From Diplonema japonicum (lineage: Eukaryota > Protista > Euglenozoa: Diplonemea): 64,000 nucleotides of DNA. Position 1 is the stretch's first letter. Each line of letters starts with the position of its first letter. Positions 48,443-59,991 of this stretch are shown here, piece after piece. The notes under the pieces are model-generated. The model was given only the letters and a program-made list of their open reading frames with translations, was not told where the DNA came from and did not search any database. The stretch spans positions 620,001-684,000 of the forward strand of contig OZ025666.1 in the NCBI GenBank assembly GCA_964019335.1, in the 5' to 3' direction. The position numbers and the translations under genes were made by a program.

Positions 48443-49135
48443 TTTATTTAATTCTGAGCAGCTCTCTCAAAAGATTTAGGCCGGAAGATATAAATCAGGT
48501 TTCACTTTATTTCACGGGCGTGTAGTATCTGATTTTTTCCTCATGTTTTAAAGCCAAACGTTGCTGGGCGTGAAAATCAGGTACTTTATTTCACGCCCAC
48601 AGTCATTTCTAGCAAAATGGGAAGAAAACCGAAGGCGACCGGGAAGCGAGCCAAGGGCATCCAACGGCAAGCAAAATAGCCTACAAGAAGGAGCCGGCAT
48701 GAACCGGTACGTAAAACGCTCGGATACAGCAAGCAAAGAGGTCTCAGGCCGCCTACTGGGCTGGAACAAACGCCCCCTTCAGCCCTGCCCCCTTCGACAC
48801 AGCCCACTTCTTCAACAGTGCACAGAATCACGTTTGACATAAACGTCAACATCAATTCGCCGAATTGATCATACCAAACCCAGTACCGTAAAGACTCGCA
48901 TTGCGCCGCTACAAGCAGGCAGCAGCGAAGCCACACTTAGCACCTAAATTCTTTTCGAGAGCAGCTCATCATTAAATAAAATGCAGTATTGAATAGGATC
49001 AGAGCATGATTTCACTTGTGGGGCCCCTTTTTGACGAGTGATTTTACTTCACGAGCGAAGCGAGTGAAGTAAAAAAACGAGTCAAAAAGGGGACCCCACA
49101 CGTGAAATCAGGCTATCTGATTTTCATTTAATAAA
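48443..49135. mobile_element. Putative non-autonomous DNA element with 38-bp imperfect inverted repeats and a large palindrome
   Basis: 48443-48480 is inverted at 48943-48980; palindrome ~49007-49110; recurrent aaatcagg/tttcac motifs. Confidence 0.6.
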
Positions 49136-49590
49136 TAGCTTTTTTTTTTTTTTTTTTTTTGCACAATATCATCGTTTTAAGCTTTTTTTTTCTTCTTCAA
49201 TCAGCTGAAACGTGACAGCCCTGCAGCCCCCTTTTCTCTTTCTCTCTCCTCCTCTCCTTCTCTCCTCTAACAGTCTGCTTCGTGACAGTGTAGGTAACCC
49301 TTGCGAATGCGCAGTATTAGTTTTTAAATAGTCTCTTTTTTTTTTTTTTTTTTTTTTCTTTTTTTTTCTTTTTGTGCATTGGCAGTATCCCCTTCTTCCT
49401 CTCTTTACTTCAGTGTTTATTTATTTTTGTACTTCAAAATGACTTTCCCCCCGGCCCCGTTTCCATGTTTATGTAGATTTTGAAAAAAAAAAGAAAAAAA
49501 AAAAAGAAAAAAAAAAGAACAAAATAAAAAAAAAACTCCCCAGTGTGGTCCCTATGCTTTTGTTACTCTATGCATTTTCCCTCTTTTTTT

Positions 49591-49631
49591 TTGGTGGGGT
49601 CGTTGGTTAACACTTCCCCATCGTAGTGAGT
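49591..49631. repeat. 41-nt hairpin motif, second copy
   Basis: Similar to 133-173. Confidence 0.7.
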
Positions 49632-49645
49632 CTTTTTTATTTTTT

Positions 49646-49990
49646 AAGCTACCGGCAGGGGATGTCCTACGGGAGTACACGAAGGAGGTGCTGAGGTGGA
49701 TGCGGCAACTGCGCTGGTATGCAGGCAGCAGGAACACGTCAGTGTCGACGGTGGAGCTGGCACTGGATTTCGAGAACGTGACCGGGAAGACCCTTGGAGG
49801 GAAGCTGGGGGATCTCGCAGAAGTACAGCAGAAAGCGAGGAGATTGCATGGACAGATGAAGAAGATCTGGCACACATGGGAGCTAGGGAGGGTACTGAAG
49901 AAGGTGAAACGAAGGAGGGCCTTCCCAGCTGCAGGTAGAAGATGAGAACAAGGGGGCGTCTCACAAAGACTTCCTTTAACTCATATATAT
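49646..49990 (+). mobile_element. Family B retrotransposon fragment, copy 2, with an internal ~220-nt deletion
   Basis: Translation LRWY..STVELALDFENVT..GGKLG matches ORF 38088; 3' end atgagaacaagggggcgtctcacaaagacttcctttaactcatatat is identical. Confidence 0.75.
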
Positions 49991-50217
49991 TTATTGTTAT
50001 TTTTTTTTTATGTAGCCTTGTGAGTTTTTCAAAAGATTGGTCACATCTGTCGCTCCCTGTCCCCCCTTCCCTATTTTCTCCTTTCAGCTCCCACCTCCCC
50101 TCATGTCTTTTTTTTTCTTTTTTGAAGAAGCTTTTTTTATTTTCTCTTTATCGTGCTTCTTGTCGCTTGTCATCTTGTCTTTTTGTTGCTGCAGCCCACG
50201 CCTTCAGGAGGGGCAGG

Positions 50218-53040
50218 ATGTCGTTCGCGCCCACAGCGGAGCACTATGCGCAGGTGGTAGGGATGCTGCAGCAGGCGGCCAACCCCACCCCTAACCCTGA
50301 GGTCATCAAGAAGGTATGGGAACAGTTCGAGGAGTACAGCAAGCGGGGGGACTTCAACTGCTACCTGGCCCACGCCATGAGCGACGCGAGCTTGGGGCCC
50401 ACCGTCCGTGAATGGGCCACAATCATCCTCAAGAACGGGATCAAGAACAACTACAAGGAAGGCATCCTGCCAAGCGTGGAGTACATCCAGTCACAGGTGA
50501 TGGCAGGTCTTGGCGACGCCGAGAAGGGTGTCAGCAACGCCTCAGCAAACTGCGTCTCAATGCTGGCCAAAAAGGGCAGCTCCAGCTCCCTCGGCCACCT
50601 CCTCACCTTACTCTGCAACTCGTTATCATCCGCAAACCAGCCCTTGGTGCACGGCTCCGTGAAGGCCATCTCCAACATCTGCGAGGACTGCATCGAAGAG
50701 CTTCTTGAAGGGGACACGCCAAAGGCCTCCGCCATGCTGCCACACCTCCTGACTCATTTCAGCCACTCCGACCCAACGGTCAGGGAGCAGTGCCTTTGGA
50801 GTGCCGTCCACCTCTGCACTGGAGCACACGTTGTAATGCTCATCAAGGACAACAACCAGGGAGAGCTGTCGCTGCCTCCTTGCATTGTGCAGCACATGCC
50901 GCAGCTCTTGGAAGGTGCCATGAAGCTCTCGATGGAGGGCCCCAAGACACAGACTGCTGTGTGCCGTGCAATTGTGTTTGTTGCAGAGACGAACATGGAG
51001 ATGCTGATGCCGCATCTGAAGAACACGTTGGAGTACGTGCTCATGATTCAGGAGAAGTACTGCACCACAAATGAAGAAGTGGCTCTTGAAGCGTGCGACT
51101 TCTGGTCTGTCATCATCGAGGAGTGCTACAACAACCCCATCATGCAGGAGCTGCTGCCGCGGTTGGTTGGTGCTCTCCTGCGCGGCATGCCGTATAACGA
51201 GAGTGAGGAACAGGCGCTGCTGCAGGACGACAGTGTCAGCGTCCCTGACAGAGAGGAGAACGTGAAGCCAACATGGGTGAAGAGCAGTCAAAGGGAGGTG
51301 GAGGAGGACTCCGAAGAAGAGGAGGATGATGACGACGACGCTGTAGGCGAACTGGACCCCACGACGTGGAACCTGCGGAGGAGCAGTGCATCGACACTGG
51401 ACGCCCTATCGCTCTGCTTCGGAATGAAGGAGGACGTCGACAACACGAAGTTCATCAGCTTGCTGCTGCCAGAGGTCTTTAAGATGCTGCAGCCAGGGAA
51501 CGACTGGCGGGTCCGAGAGGCGGCCATCCTTGCCCTTGGGGCAGTGTCGCAGGGGTGCGAGGAAGCGATGGCTCCTCACCTTCCTCAGCTCATAAAGGGT
51601 CTCACTACAGACACTCAGGGCTCACTCCCACCACCCCTACAGGACCCCCACCCGCTAGTGAGGTCCATCACAGCGTGGACGCTAGGGAGGTTCAGCAGTA
51701 GCGTGACTGACAGAAACTTCAACAACATCATCATCGAAGCCCTGTTGACACTTATCTGCGACCCGAGCAAGAAGGTTGTCGGTAGCTCGTGCAGTGCAAT
51801 GACGAATATGCTGGAAGGCTATCCAAGTGAAGACCTGACGCCAGCCCACGTGACAGCCATCCTGACTGCGGTGCACCGCTCGTTGAGCACTACGCACATC
51901 GTGAACCTGCAGCTGCTGTTCAATGTGATCGTGTCTGTTGCAGAGTCGGTGGGCGGCACTCTTAACACCCCTGAGATGATACAGCTTATCATGCCGCCCC
52001 TCACGCAGAGGTGGGAGACTGTCGCCGACAGCGACACACGTCTCCAGGCACTCATGGCATGCCTGACAGCAGTAGCAACAGCTGTGGGGCCTGGGTTCCA
52101 GCCGTGGGTGAAGGGGTGCTTCGACAGAGCTGTGCGTGTTATCCTCCAGAACACAGAAGCGCGAATTCAATCTGACTATCACGGCGACGAAGAGTACATC
52201 GTGTGCGCCGTGGATCTTATTGGGGGGCTCCTTGATGGCCTGGGCAGCTCTGTAGAGCCTCTTGTCGGTGGTAGTCCTCTCATGCAGCTGCTGGTAGGGA
52301 ACATGCGCGACCCCAATGCCAAGATACGGCAGTCAACTTTTGCACTCCTCGGTGACCTCACGAAGTGGTGCTGGCCGCATGTCCAGCCACACGTTACTTC
52401 TATTGTCCCCCTTGTTTACGCATCGCTGGACCCATGCTCCATCAACGTGTGTAACAACGTGGTGTGGGCTATAGGAGAGATTGCAGTCAAGGCAGGTGCC
52501 AACTTCAGGACATTAGTAGGCGAGGAAGGGCCCGATCAGGTATGTTGCCCGAATACAAAATAACACAAACGTAGCTGGTGAAGGCTTTGGTTCCTATCAT
52601 GAACTTGAAGGGCAGCCAGAGACACGACATGCTGCTGGAGAACGCAGCAGTGTCGCTGGGACGACTGGCGCTCGTGTGTCCTGATGTGGTTGGTGCGAGG
52701 ATGGAAGACTTCATCAAGTCGTGGTGCACAAACATCAGAAGGGTCACGGAATCGATTGAGCAAGAGCATTCTTTCCTTGGCCTTGCAAGGATGATCAGGG
52801 TGAACCCCAATGGGTGCTTCAACAGCTTCGCCTATGTCTGTGATGCGCTGTGCTCAATGACAAGCATGCCGCCCTCGATCAGACAGGAGTACATAACCAT
52901 CTTGGGCGGCTTCAAGTCCCACATTGGTGCGGGCTGGGCTGACTACTATGCACAGGTGTGCACATCAATTGTTTATTCATATACCTCCACAGTTCCCACC
53001 TAGCCTTAAGAAGAGTCTCTCAGAGCAGTTCGGTCTTTAG
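50218..53040 (+). CDS. TNPO1: Transportin / importin beta-2; introns 52540-52574 and 52956-52992
   Basis: DFNCYL, VALEACDFW, acidic loop then WNLRRSSASTLDAL, REAAILALGA, LLENAAVSLGRL; spliced end FPPSLKKSLSEQFGL. Confidence 0.95.
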
Positions 53041-53181
53041 TCGTTCCAATCAATCAGCGCGTCAAGTGTGTCTGGATAAGTCTTATTTTTGGTGTTTCCG
53101 TCTTTTCCTTCTTGCAGGTAACTATCATTCAGCTTGCTTTTTGTGCGTCAATTTACTCGTTGTGCAGTCACCGCAGGAAGA

Positions 53182-55386
53182 ATGTTGTATTTCCAACAAG
53201 AAGATGAAGTGCTGCAGGCACAGGCGCGGTGCATCGAGTTGTTGATCAAGCACCCACTCACTGGCATCAGTGAAACAGGAGAGCGGGGGAACTTTTGGAA
53301 GAGTGTGTTTGCACAGGTCTTGGAGAAAAATGAGTTCAGCGAAAGGGACGCAAAGAGTATGAGCAGATGTCAGCCGCAGAATTGTGCACAGCTGCTGTTC
53401 CAGTGCATCGAACAAATGGCGTACTACGTGCAAGAAGTGTTGGGCATCCTCGGAGGACCTTCCGAGGGGGTAAAGGCTAGGGTCTCAGCCCTACGTAAGT
53501 ATCACGTCACTGTCATGACTGCGCTGCGGATCACGTCGCGCCTGCTACCTGTGCTTTTGCAAGCCGATGTCGAGTTCAACTTTATCGACTCGATCCTCAT
53601 ACAGAACAGCAGCCTCTCCAGTGCAGGGCAGTTCAAAGACCTCTGTGGGCGCAGGCTCGACAGCACATTGGGCTTCATTTTAGTGTCTTCACTCATGAGC
53701 CTTCTGCACTGTCCTGGTTTCACAACGGACGTCCCTCATGACATGACCCACTACCTCGCAGACGGGTGCTTCAAGCCCCACGGGATCGGGCTCAGCAGCG
53801 AAGCAGAAAGAGAACTCTTGTGGCAGACCTTCGGGCACCCCACATCACACAAGTACATCAACGCCAGAGTGTTTGTCCTTCGTGCGGTGATTTCGACGCT
53901 CATGCCCCAAGGCACCAAGGCAGGGAGGTCGTTTTTCCACAAGATGTGGTGCGACACGTCGGTGCCTTTGCCGCACCGTGCCACCTTGCTGGGCTCTCTT
54001 TTTAATGTGGTCTGCGGGTACACACCAGAGTCGGCGGTATCGCAGTGGATACCCTTCACGGGGTCTTCCCAGAGTCATGGCAAGGAGCAGCTTGTGAAAT
54101 GCTCTTTGCATGTACTTTTACTATTTCTGCAGTACAGCAAATATCGGATCAACAGCAGGGCTGTGGAGCCCTCCGCGAGCTTGGAGATGGGCGACACATT
54201 CAGGGAGTACGTGTACCTTCTGGGCAAGGGCGAGATGGACGATGTCCTATTCGTGCTGCATGGTATGCAGCTTGGTCCCTCTGTGCAGCTGAAGGCTGCA
54301 ACGTCACTTCTACCTCTTTCCACTAAGGATTCTCCATTCAACAGTGAGCATCTACTGCTGCTGCACCACTGCATCGAGATATCTCCCGACATGCGCCTAG
54401 TGGCATGCTCTGAGAAGGAAGTGGAGCAGCTCATAGAACTCCTGTTGTTTACGTTGAAGGCAACACTACGGGGCGAGAAGCAGGTAACCAAAATGACGTG
54501 CTGCTTGTCAATCTTGCACAGGCTGACTGCTGAGCCCAGCATGGGGAGCATCTTGCAGCGGCCGTGGAGGAACACAGCATTGCTCAAACATGTGGTATCG
54601 AACAAGACATTTATCAACCGGAGCGGCTCAATGCTTGACGTGGTGTGTCTTTGCTTGGCTGAGGTCCTTCTGTCTGACACCAGGTGGGTGCGAGAAGAGA
54701 CTTCTGCCTACGACTCTTGTGTGGGTATCCTCCTCAACATGTCACCATACATGTACAAGCCTTCCCTTCTTGTGTCTGATCATCTAGCTTGCCTTCTGGA
54801 GGTCTTTGCACACCCTGCGCACTTATACGATGCAGGCTCCACGAACTACTACTACGTGTGCTTGCTGATGGAGACATATTTTTATTGTTTGTGCTTCAAT
54901 GGGAGGCACAATGAAGAGATTGTATCGACTTTGCTACGTAGAAAGAAGGTTTTTGACAGACTGGCCGAAGATTTGCACAATTATACTCCTGTTGTTATAC
55001 AGCGCACAGACGTTCTGTGCCCTGCACTTGATGCTGCTGGAAAGGTTCTTCCTTATACAGGAGAGAACTGGAGGTCTATGATTTTGCTGCATCCGTTATG
55101 CCAGCTGCTGAATAGCATGCACAGCTCTGCCCTCGGCACGTTTGCAGGTTGCACTGACCTGTCGGAGTTACCCCGGGATGACCTCTTGCACTGGCTTCGT
55201 GTCCACTTGCAATCTCCGAAAGGCGCATCCCATCTCCTTACCCTCTCGAAAGGCATAACCTTCCACCCAACACTGCCAAACACCATGGGCAACTACACAG
55301 TGCTTGACTCTTGCTTGTGGTCGCTCTTCGAAACAGCACCACCTTTGATGAGTTCTGGGAGCAACCCGAGTGCTTCCCAGCCTTAG
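53182..55386 (+). CDS. HID1/dymeclin-family protein
   Basis: QPQN...L, RITSRLLP, LLHCPGFT, LLGSLFNVVCGY.P, EQLVKCSLHVL resemble HID1 motifs. Confidence 0.7.
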   Translation: MLYFQQEDEVLQAQARCIELLIKHPLTGISETGERGNFWKSVFAQVLEKNEFSERDAKSMSRCQPQNCAQLLFQCIEQMAYYVQEVLGILGGPSEGVKARVSALRKYHVTVMTALRITSRLLPVLLQADVEFNFIDSILIQNSSLSSAGQFKDLCGRRLDSTLGFILVSSLMSLLHCPGFTTDVPHDMTHYLADGCFKPHGIGLSSEAERELLWQTFGHPTSHKYINARVFVLRAVISTLMPQGTKAGRSFFHKMWCDTSVPLPHRATLLGSLFNVVCGYTPESAVSQWIPFTGSSQSHGKEQLVKCSLHVLLLFLQYSKYRINSRAVEPSASLEMGDTFREYVYLLGKGEMDDVLFVLHGMQLGPSVQLKAATSLLPLSTKDSPFNSEHLLLLHHCIEISPDMRLVACSEKEVEQLIELLLFTLKATLRGEKQVTKMTCCLSILHRLTAEPSMGSILQRPWRNTALLKHVVSNKTFINRSGSMLDVVCLCLAEVLLSDTRWVREETSAYDSCVGILLNMSPYMYKPSLLVSDHLACLLEVFAHPAHLYDAGSTNYYYVCLLMETYFYCLCFNGRHNEEIVSTLLRRKKVFDRLAEDLHNYTPVVIQRTDVLCPALDAAGKVLPYTGENWRSMILLHPLCQLLNSMHSSALGTFAGCTDLSELPRDDLLHWLRVHLQSPKGASHLLTLSKGITFHPTLPNTMGNYTVLDSCLWSLFETAPPLMSSGSNPSASQP

Positions 55387-55464
55387 GAAGCTTACACGAC
55401 GGAAGTAGAAACGGATAGTTCAGTCAGCTTGCAAAAAAATACGAATAATAGTCAAAATATAAGG

Positions 55465-56475
55465 ATGTCGGGGAGTGAAGATGACGAGCAGGATGAGTAC
55501 AGTGAAGAGGAAGAAGAGCTGAAAGTGCCTACAAATGTCCCCGAGGCAGCAGCGCTGCTGTACGAAGTTGCTTCGAAGCTGGAGATGAGCGATCAGTTTA
55601 AGAGCGACGTCGGGGTGCCGCAGCTGGTCGCATGCGCGGACAATGTTATCGAGGGGAAGACAAGCGTGCAGCAGGCAGCGCAGCTGGCGATGGCGTGGAT
55701 GGGGGAGGCTATGGAGCACACTTCGGGGGTGGCCTGTGGGAGTGCTGCCAGTGCGGCGAGAAGGATGTCGTCCACAAAGGTGCCTGATGTTTTGTGGGTA
55801 TCATCCCCGAACCACTGGCAACACTGCGAGGGCTGCTTCAGGGCGCACTCAAGCCTGGTGAACGGCCATCCAGTCTGGAGAAAGGATGGAGCCCAACCTA
55901 GATGGCTTTACAGCACCACAGCAGGCAGGTGGCGCATCACAAATGACACCGCTGACTTCGGTCCTGGTGGTGGGTACCTCCTTTCGGACACGCATCAAGA
56001 CTCTCTCCCGCACCAGATAGATACATGGACTATAAAGGGAAAGGAGGACCCAGACATACATGTCACAGCTCAGCTTGACGACTCTGTTGCCTTCGACGAC
56101 GCAGACGGTGACACTATCACCTTCTTCGCGTTGTCAAATTCACGTTGCCAGTATGCTGTGAATAAGGTGCCACGGCCACCTGTGCATTACGTGTCATTTG
56201 ATCTTAGCTCTCTATCCCTCGTGTTCCCAAAAGACTCTCTTGAGATTGAACTCTCGTGGAACACACTGTTGCCCACCCTTGCCTCAATCAAAGGTGTGGT
56301 AGCGCAGAGTGGTGTGTGCGCTGAGCTGCCCAATCCCTCGCGCTTGTGGCTCTCTGGGTGGAGCATGATGCACGCAGATAAGAATGGCCGTCCTGCTTAC
56401 TACTACAATTCCTCTACAGGAGAGACAACCTGGGATTTATGTTCCAAGCTGGAGGAGTGTCTGATAATAGAGTGA
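55465..56475 (+). CDS. Hypothetical protein with C-terminal WW domain
   Basis: GWSMMHADKNGRPAYYYNSSTGETTWD. Confidence 0.8.
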   Translation: MSGSEDDEQDEYSEEEEELKVPTNVPEAAALLYEVASKLEMSDQFKSDVGVPQLVACADNVIEGKTSVQQAAQLAMAWMGEAMEHTSGVACGSAASAARRMSSTKVPDVLWVSSPNHWQHCEGCFRAHSSLVNGHPVWRKDGAQPRWLYSTTAGRWRITNDTADFGPGGGYLLSDTHQDSLPHQIDTWTIKGKEDPDIHVTAQLDDSVAFDDADGDTITFFALSNSRCQYAVNKVPRPPVHYVSFDLSSLSLVFPKDSLEIELSWNTLLPTLASIKGVVAQSGVCAELPNPSRLWLSGWSMMHADKNGRPAYYYNSSTGETTWDLCSKLEECLIIE

Positions 56476-56541
56476 CTTGTTTGCAAAAACTCAATTGTTT
56501 GATTTCTTCACTATGCAACAAATTCGCACCACTTCAGGTGA

Positions 56542-58922
56542 TGTCACATACGAAACATGGCCAAAGCAACATAAAACGTCACACGGGGGACTCCGTCATC
56601 CGCATCCATGGAGACGAGTATGCCTCGAAGAGGTTCGAGGTATGCTGCCATTCTAGGCATAACACAACAGGAAATGTGGACTGCTGCCGGCCATCCTGTT
56701 GATTTGTTGGTTCCTCGGCATGTAGCAACGCATAGAAAGGGTGAAGGCGGTCCCTCTGTAGGCCGCACGGTTCCATTTGCCTTTGAGGACAACACGACTT
56801 TGGACGAAAGAGAGAGAGAGAAGCGGCGGCAGCTCAGAGAAGCTTACAGGCTAGGGCAGGATGTTAAGCAGAGGAGTGCAGCACCTCCAGCTTATTCAGG
56901 GAACGTGTTGCCAACACCACTACGCAGATGGCGTCACGCACCCCCACAACAGGGAGTCAAGCGCCTCTCTAGTCTTGTTGCAGCACCGCAGATACCCCCG
57001 CACACTAAGGCCGTGTCCCTCGTCGAGCAGGGTAATGTGTTGATGCTTGTCACTCGGAAGACCAGCAGCGTCCGTGTCTCCTTTTACAATGGGATACCGA
57101 ACAAGGTGCTCGCGTTGTACATGAAGATCCCACCTGATGGCATACCCGTCCACGCAGAGGGCGACACCGAAACCCGAACCCGGCCCTCGACGGGCGCTGA
57201 TGAGATGACCCTTGAAGTGCTTCCCGGTAGCACAAAGGCATTTTGTAGTTCACGGCAGGATGCTATCCCCAAGCCTTCGTGGTCACTGCAGCCCCTTCCT
57301 CAAGATTTTATCAACAAGCGAATCGGCAACATGATGGAAATAACAAGAAAGGAGCATGAGCAGCTTGCATCAGGTTTGGTACTTGAGTTAGAGGGCGAGC
57401 ACCCAGAAAGTACTGTGCTTCAGAGTTGCCAACTGAGAGGCATCCCGTACGTGGATCTCTGGTTCCCGCCACAGCAGTCAAGCACGGGGATGCGTATCGA
57501 CTGCTGGGCAAGACCAGGACAGTTCTTGAATGAGCCACTTGGGTTGCTGGAGAGCACCCCAAGCCCAACCAACCTTGAGCGTGGCCCTCTCGGTAATGCA
57601 GTTCTTCTTTGCATCCTAACTATATTGGCTGAGACACCCTCACCACACATTCCTATCAACTTCGCTAAGCGGCTCTTCTCTGCCCACACCGCACAGCACA
57701 CTAAGCTAGGTGCCGTTCGTGTCCAGCTAGTCCACGACGGCTGGTGGCGTGACCTAGTGATAGACACCTGCCTTCCTGTCACCCTTGTGAAACAGGGTTA
57801 TGCTGCATGGATGCCTGCTGGGGCACGGCCCATAAGCAGCGTATCTGATTTGTGGCCTTCATATCTCGAGAAGGCTTACGCAAAGCAGCTGCAGAGCTAT
57901 AAGTCGGTCGAAACGCAAGCACCGCATTTAATTATGATGGACCTGACAGGATACCCCTCCGAGCCCCTGCGGTGGGGGCAGGGTTTGTCCTTGTACGAGG
58001 ACATCGCAGAGTGGCACAGCAGGGGGTTTGTCGTGGCACTCACGACACCTTCACGTGCCAAGAGGATGGGCGAGAGGGGCGACATGAATGATGAGCAGTA
58101 CGAAGCGCAAGGGTTGCTTCTCGGGCATGTCTACGCCGTACTGCAAGTCATTCACATCAACGACATTAAACTTTTGCACATCAGGAACCCCTGGGGAAGG
58201 GGAGTGGAATGGAAGGGCGAATGGGGGTGGCATTCACCGAACTGGACAAGTCAGATGAAGCAGTACTGCGGCACCACCAACGCCTCTACTGAGGGAACTT
58301 TTATGATGACGTGGAACGAAGCTCATGACTGGTTCCTGGGTGGTTTTGTCACGTACTGCATGCAGAACTGTGGTGAGGTTCGTATGTCGCTGCCCATGAG
58401 GCCAGCCCCCGCATTTGTATTAGAGCTTAACTTAAATGTATCAGCTCGTGTGTATCTAACTGTACATAAAATGGAAGAGGATCTTAGCACCGCACCGACA
58501 GTGCTGACCCTGCTTACCCCGCTAGATACGGGGAAGCATGAGCGTCGAGAGGATGCTGACGTAGAGAATGAGAGGTATGCGTCTTCCGCCCCAGCAACAC
58601 AAGCAGATCCTTCATAAGCGTTTATGAACTAGAGGCCGACAGGAGGCCGTACTACATATGCATAGATTCGGCAGGTGCGAAGCCTTCAGAACTTGTTTTA
58701 TCCCTTTTGTACACCGCAATTGAGAATGGGCCCGTCACAGGTAGCATCGTCTTCCGCGACGCAGCACCCTACCTCGCTGCGATATCGTCTTCCGGCGCAG
58801 GTGGCGTGCGGTTGCCCACAAGCACAGGTGTCGATAACGTCGATGTCTGGGTCCAGAACAGGAAGGGTCAAAGCAGCCCAAACCCGTGTAAAGCTACGTG
58901 CATCAATCACCTCACTCTTTGA
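56542..58922 (+). CDS. Calpain-like protein, catalytic Cys absent; introns 56640-56670 and 58575-58606
   Basis: YVDLWFPP, W.RP, LWPSYLEKAYAK, DLTGYP, GHVYAV, IRNPWG; the QGxLGDCW site reads RGPLGNAV. Confidence 0.88.
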
Positions 58923-58991
58923 GTTGTGTATCGTTCTCGTTGTGTTTTATTTTCTGCAGCATCATCCCTTAGTAATATCCCTCCAGGGCCC

Positions 58992-59933
58992 ATGAATACC
59001 CTAGCATGTAGGGTAATCAGACGTGGTTTGGCAGCCCAGCGCCGTTTTAAGGCTAAGTCTTACGCACAACATAACACTCAAACGTACGAGTATTACAGAA
59101 GGCAGGCTGCGAGCCTGCCTTTTCAAAGCCCTTATGAATCATTCGGGTTCGACCCTGAGGTACAGCGCAGGGACCCTGACGTCGTGGTAGGTGATTACGG
59201 GTTAGTGACACGGCAGGGGGGAGTAGTGTCGATGCAGCAGATGGACAATGCAATAGAGATTATAGAGAACCACATAGATAGGGGGAGGCTTAATGTGGAA
59301 GTGCGGAGGCGGGGTCTGGGAACACCTGCCCCTGTGACAAGGACTACGCTGCTGTCACGACTACCTGCACAGTACAGGGCACTATTCGGTGGGTCGAACG
59401 GTAAGGAGGTGTTTAAGGTGTATACAGTACTCGAGGGCACAGTACTGTTAGAGATACGTGTAGATGAAAGGACAGTGGGGCAGAAGCAGAGTGTGTATCT
59501 GCTGTACACGGCAATGCAGGAGTTAGGCATATCATGTATAGTCGCGCACAAAGGTGTGGTCAACTGTCTGGATGACGTGCACCATAAGAATACTTGGCAC
59601 ACAAACGAACAGGTATTTAGGAGAAAGGTTGACCGAGTTCCTGAAGGGACCTTCCTCCTAGATAAAGCAAATGGTGACTTCAAGGTATGTACAAAGTGTT
59701 GTTTAATCAATTCACAGCTTGGGTCACCCGCCCCGGTCCCTAAGCGTTCGTTTTCCCATCGTTCTAAGGTACAGTGGGGCAGCAAAGAAGCAGAGGATGA
59801 CAACTTGCGGCGCGCTTTGATTGAGCGTCAGGTGACCCCGTACCAGAACTCCGTCACTGCGCATCAGATGTTCCCAGGAGGGAGGCCTTTCCGCGGGAAG
59901 AAACTGACGAAAAGCAAAGGGAAGCGTCATTAA
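58992..59933 (+). CDS. Probable mitochondrial ribosomal protein uL16m; probable in-frame intron 59685-59717
   Basis: Arg-rich presequence; GDYGL..G.V...Q, PVT, V..G.VLLEI pattern of L16. Confidence 0.6.
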   Translation: MNTLACRVIRRGLAAQRRFKAKSYAQHNTQTYEYYRRQAASLPFQSPYESFGFDPEVQRRDPDVVVGDYGLVTRQGGVVSMQQMDNAIEIIENHIDRGRLNVEVRRRGLGTPAPVTRTTLLSRLPAQYRALFGGSNGKEVFKVYTVLEGTVLLEIRVDERTVGQKQSVYLLYTAMQELGISCIVAHKGVVNCLDDVHHKNTWHTNEQVFRRKVDRVPEGTFLLDKANGDFKVCTKCCLINSQLGSPAPVPKRSFSHRSKVQWGSKEAEDDNLRRALIERQVTPYQNSVTAHQMFPGGRPFRGKKLTKSKGKRH

Positions 59934-59991
59934 TCCGAAGATTTTGTTAAGTTGGATTCACCGCATCACAAGCTCGACTAGGTACGCTAAG

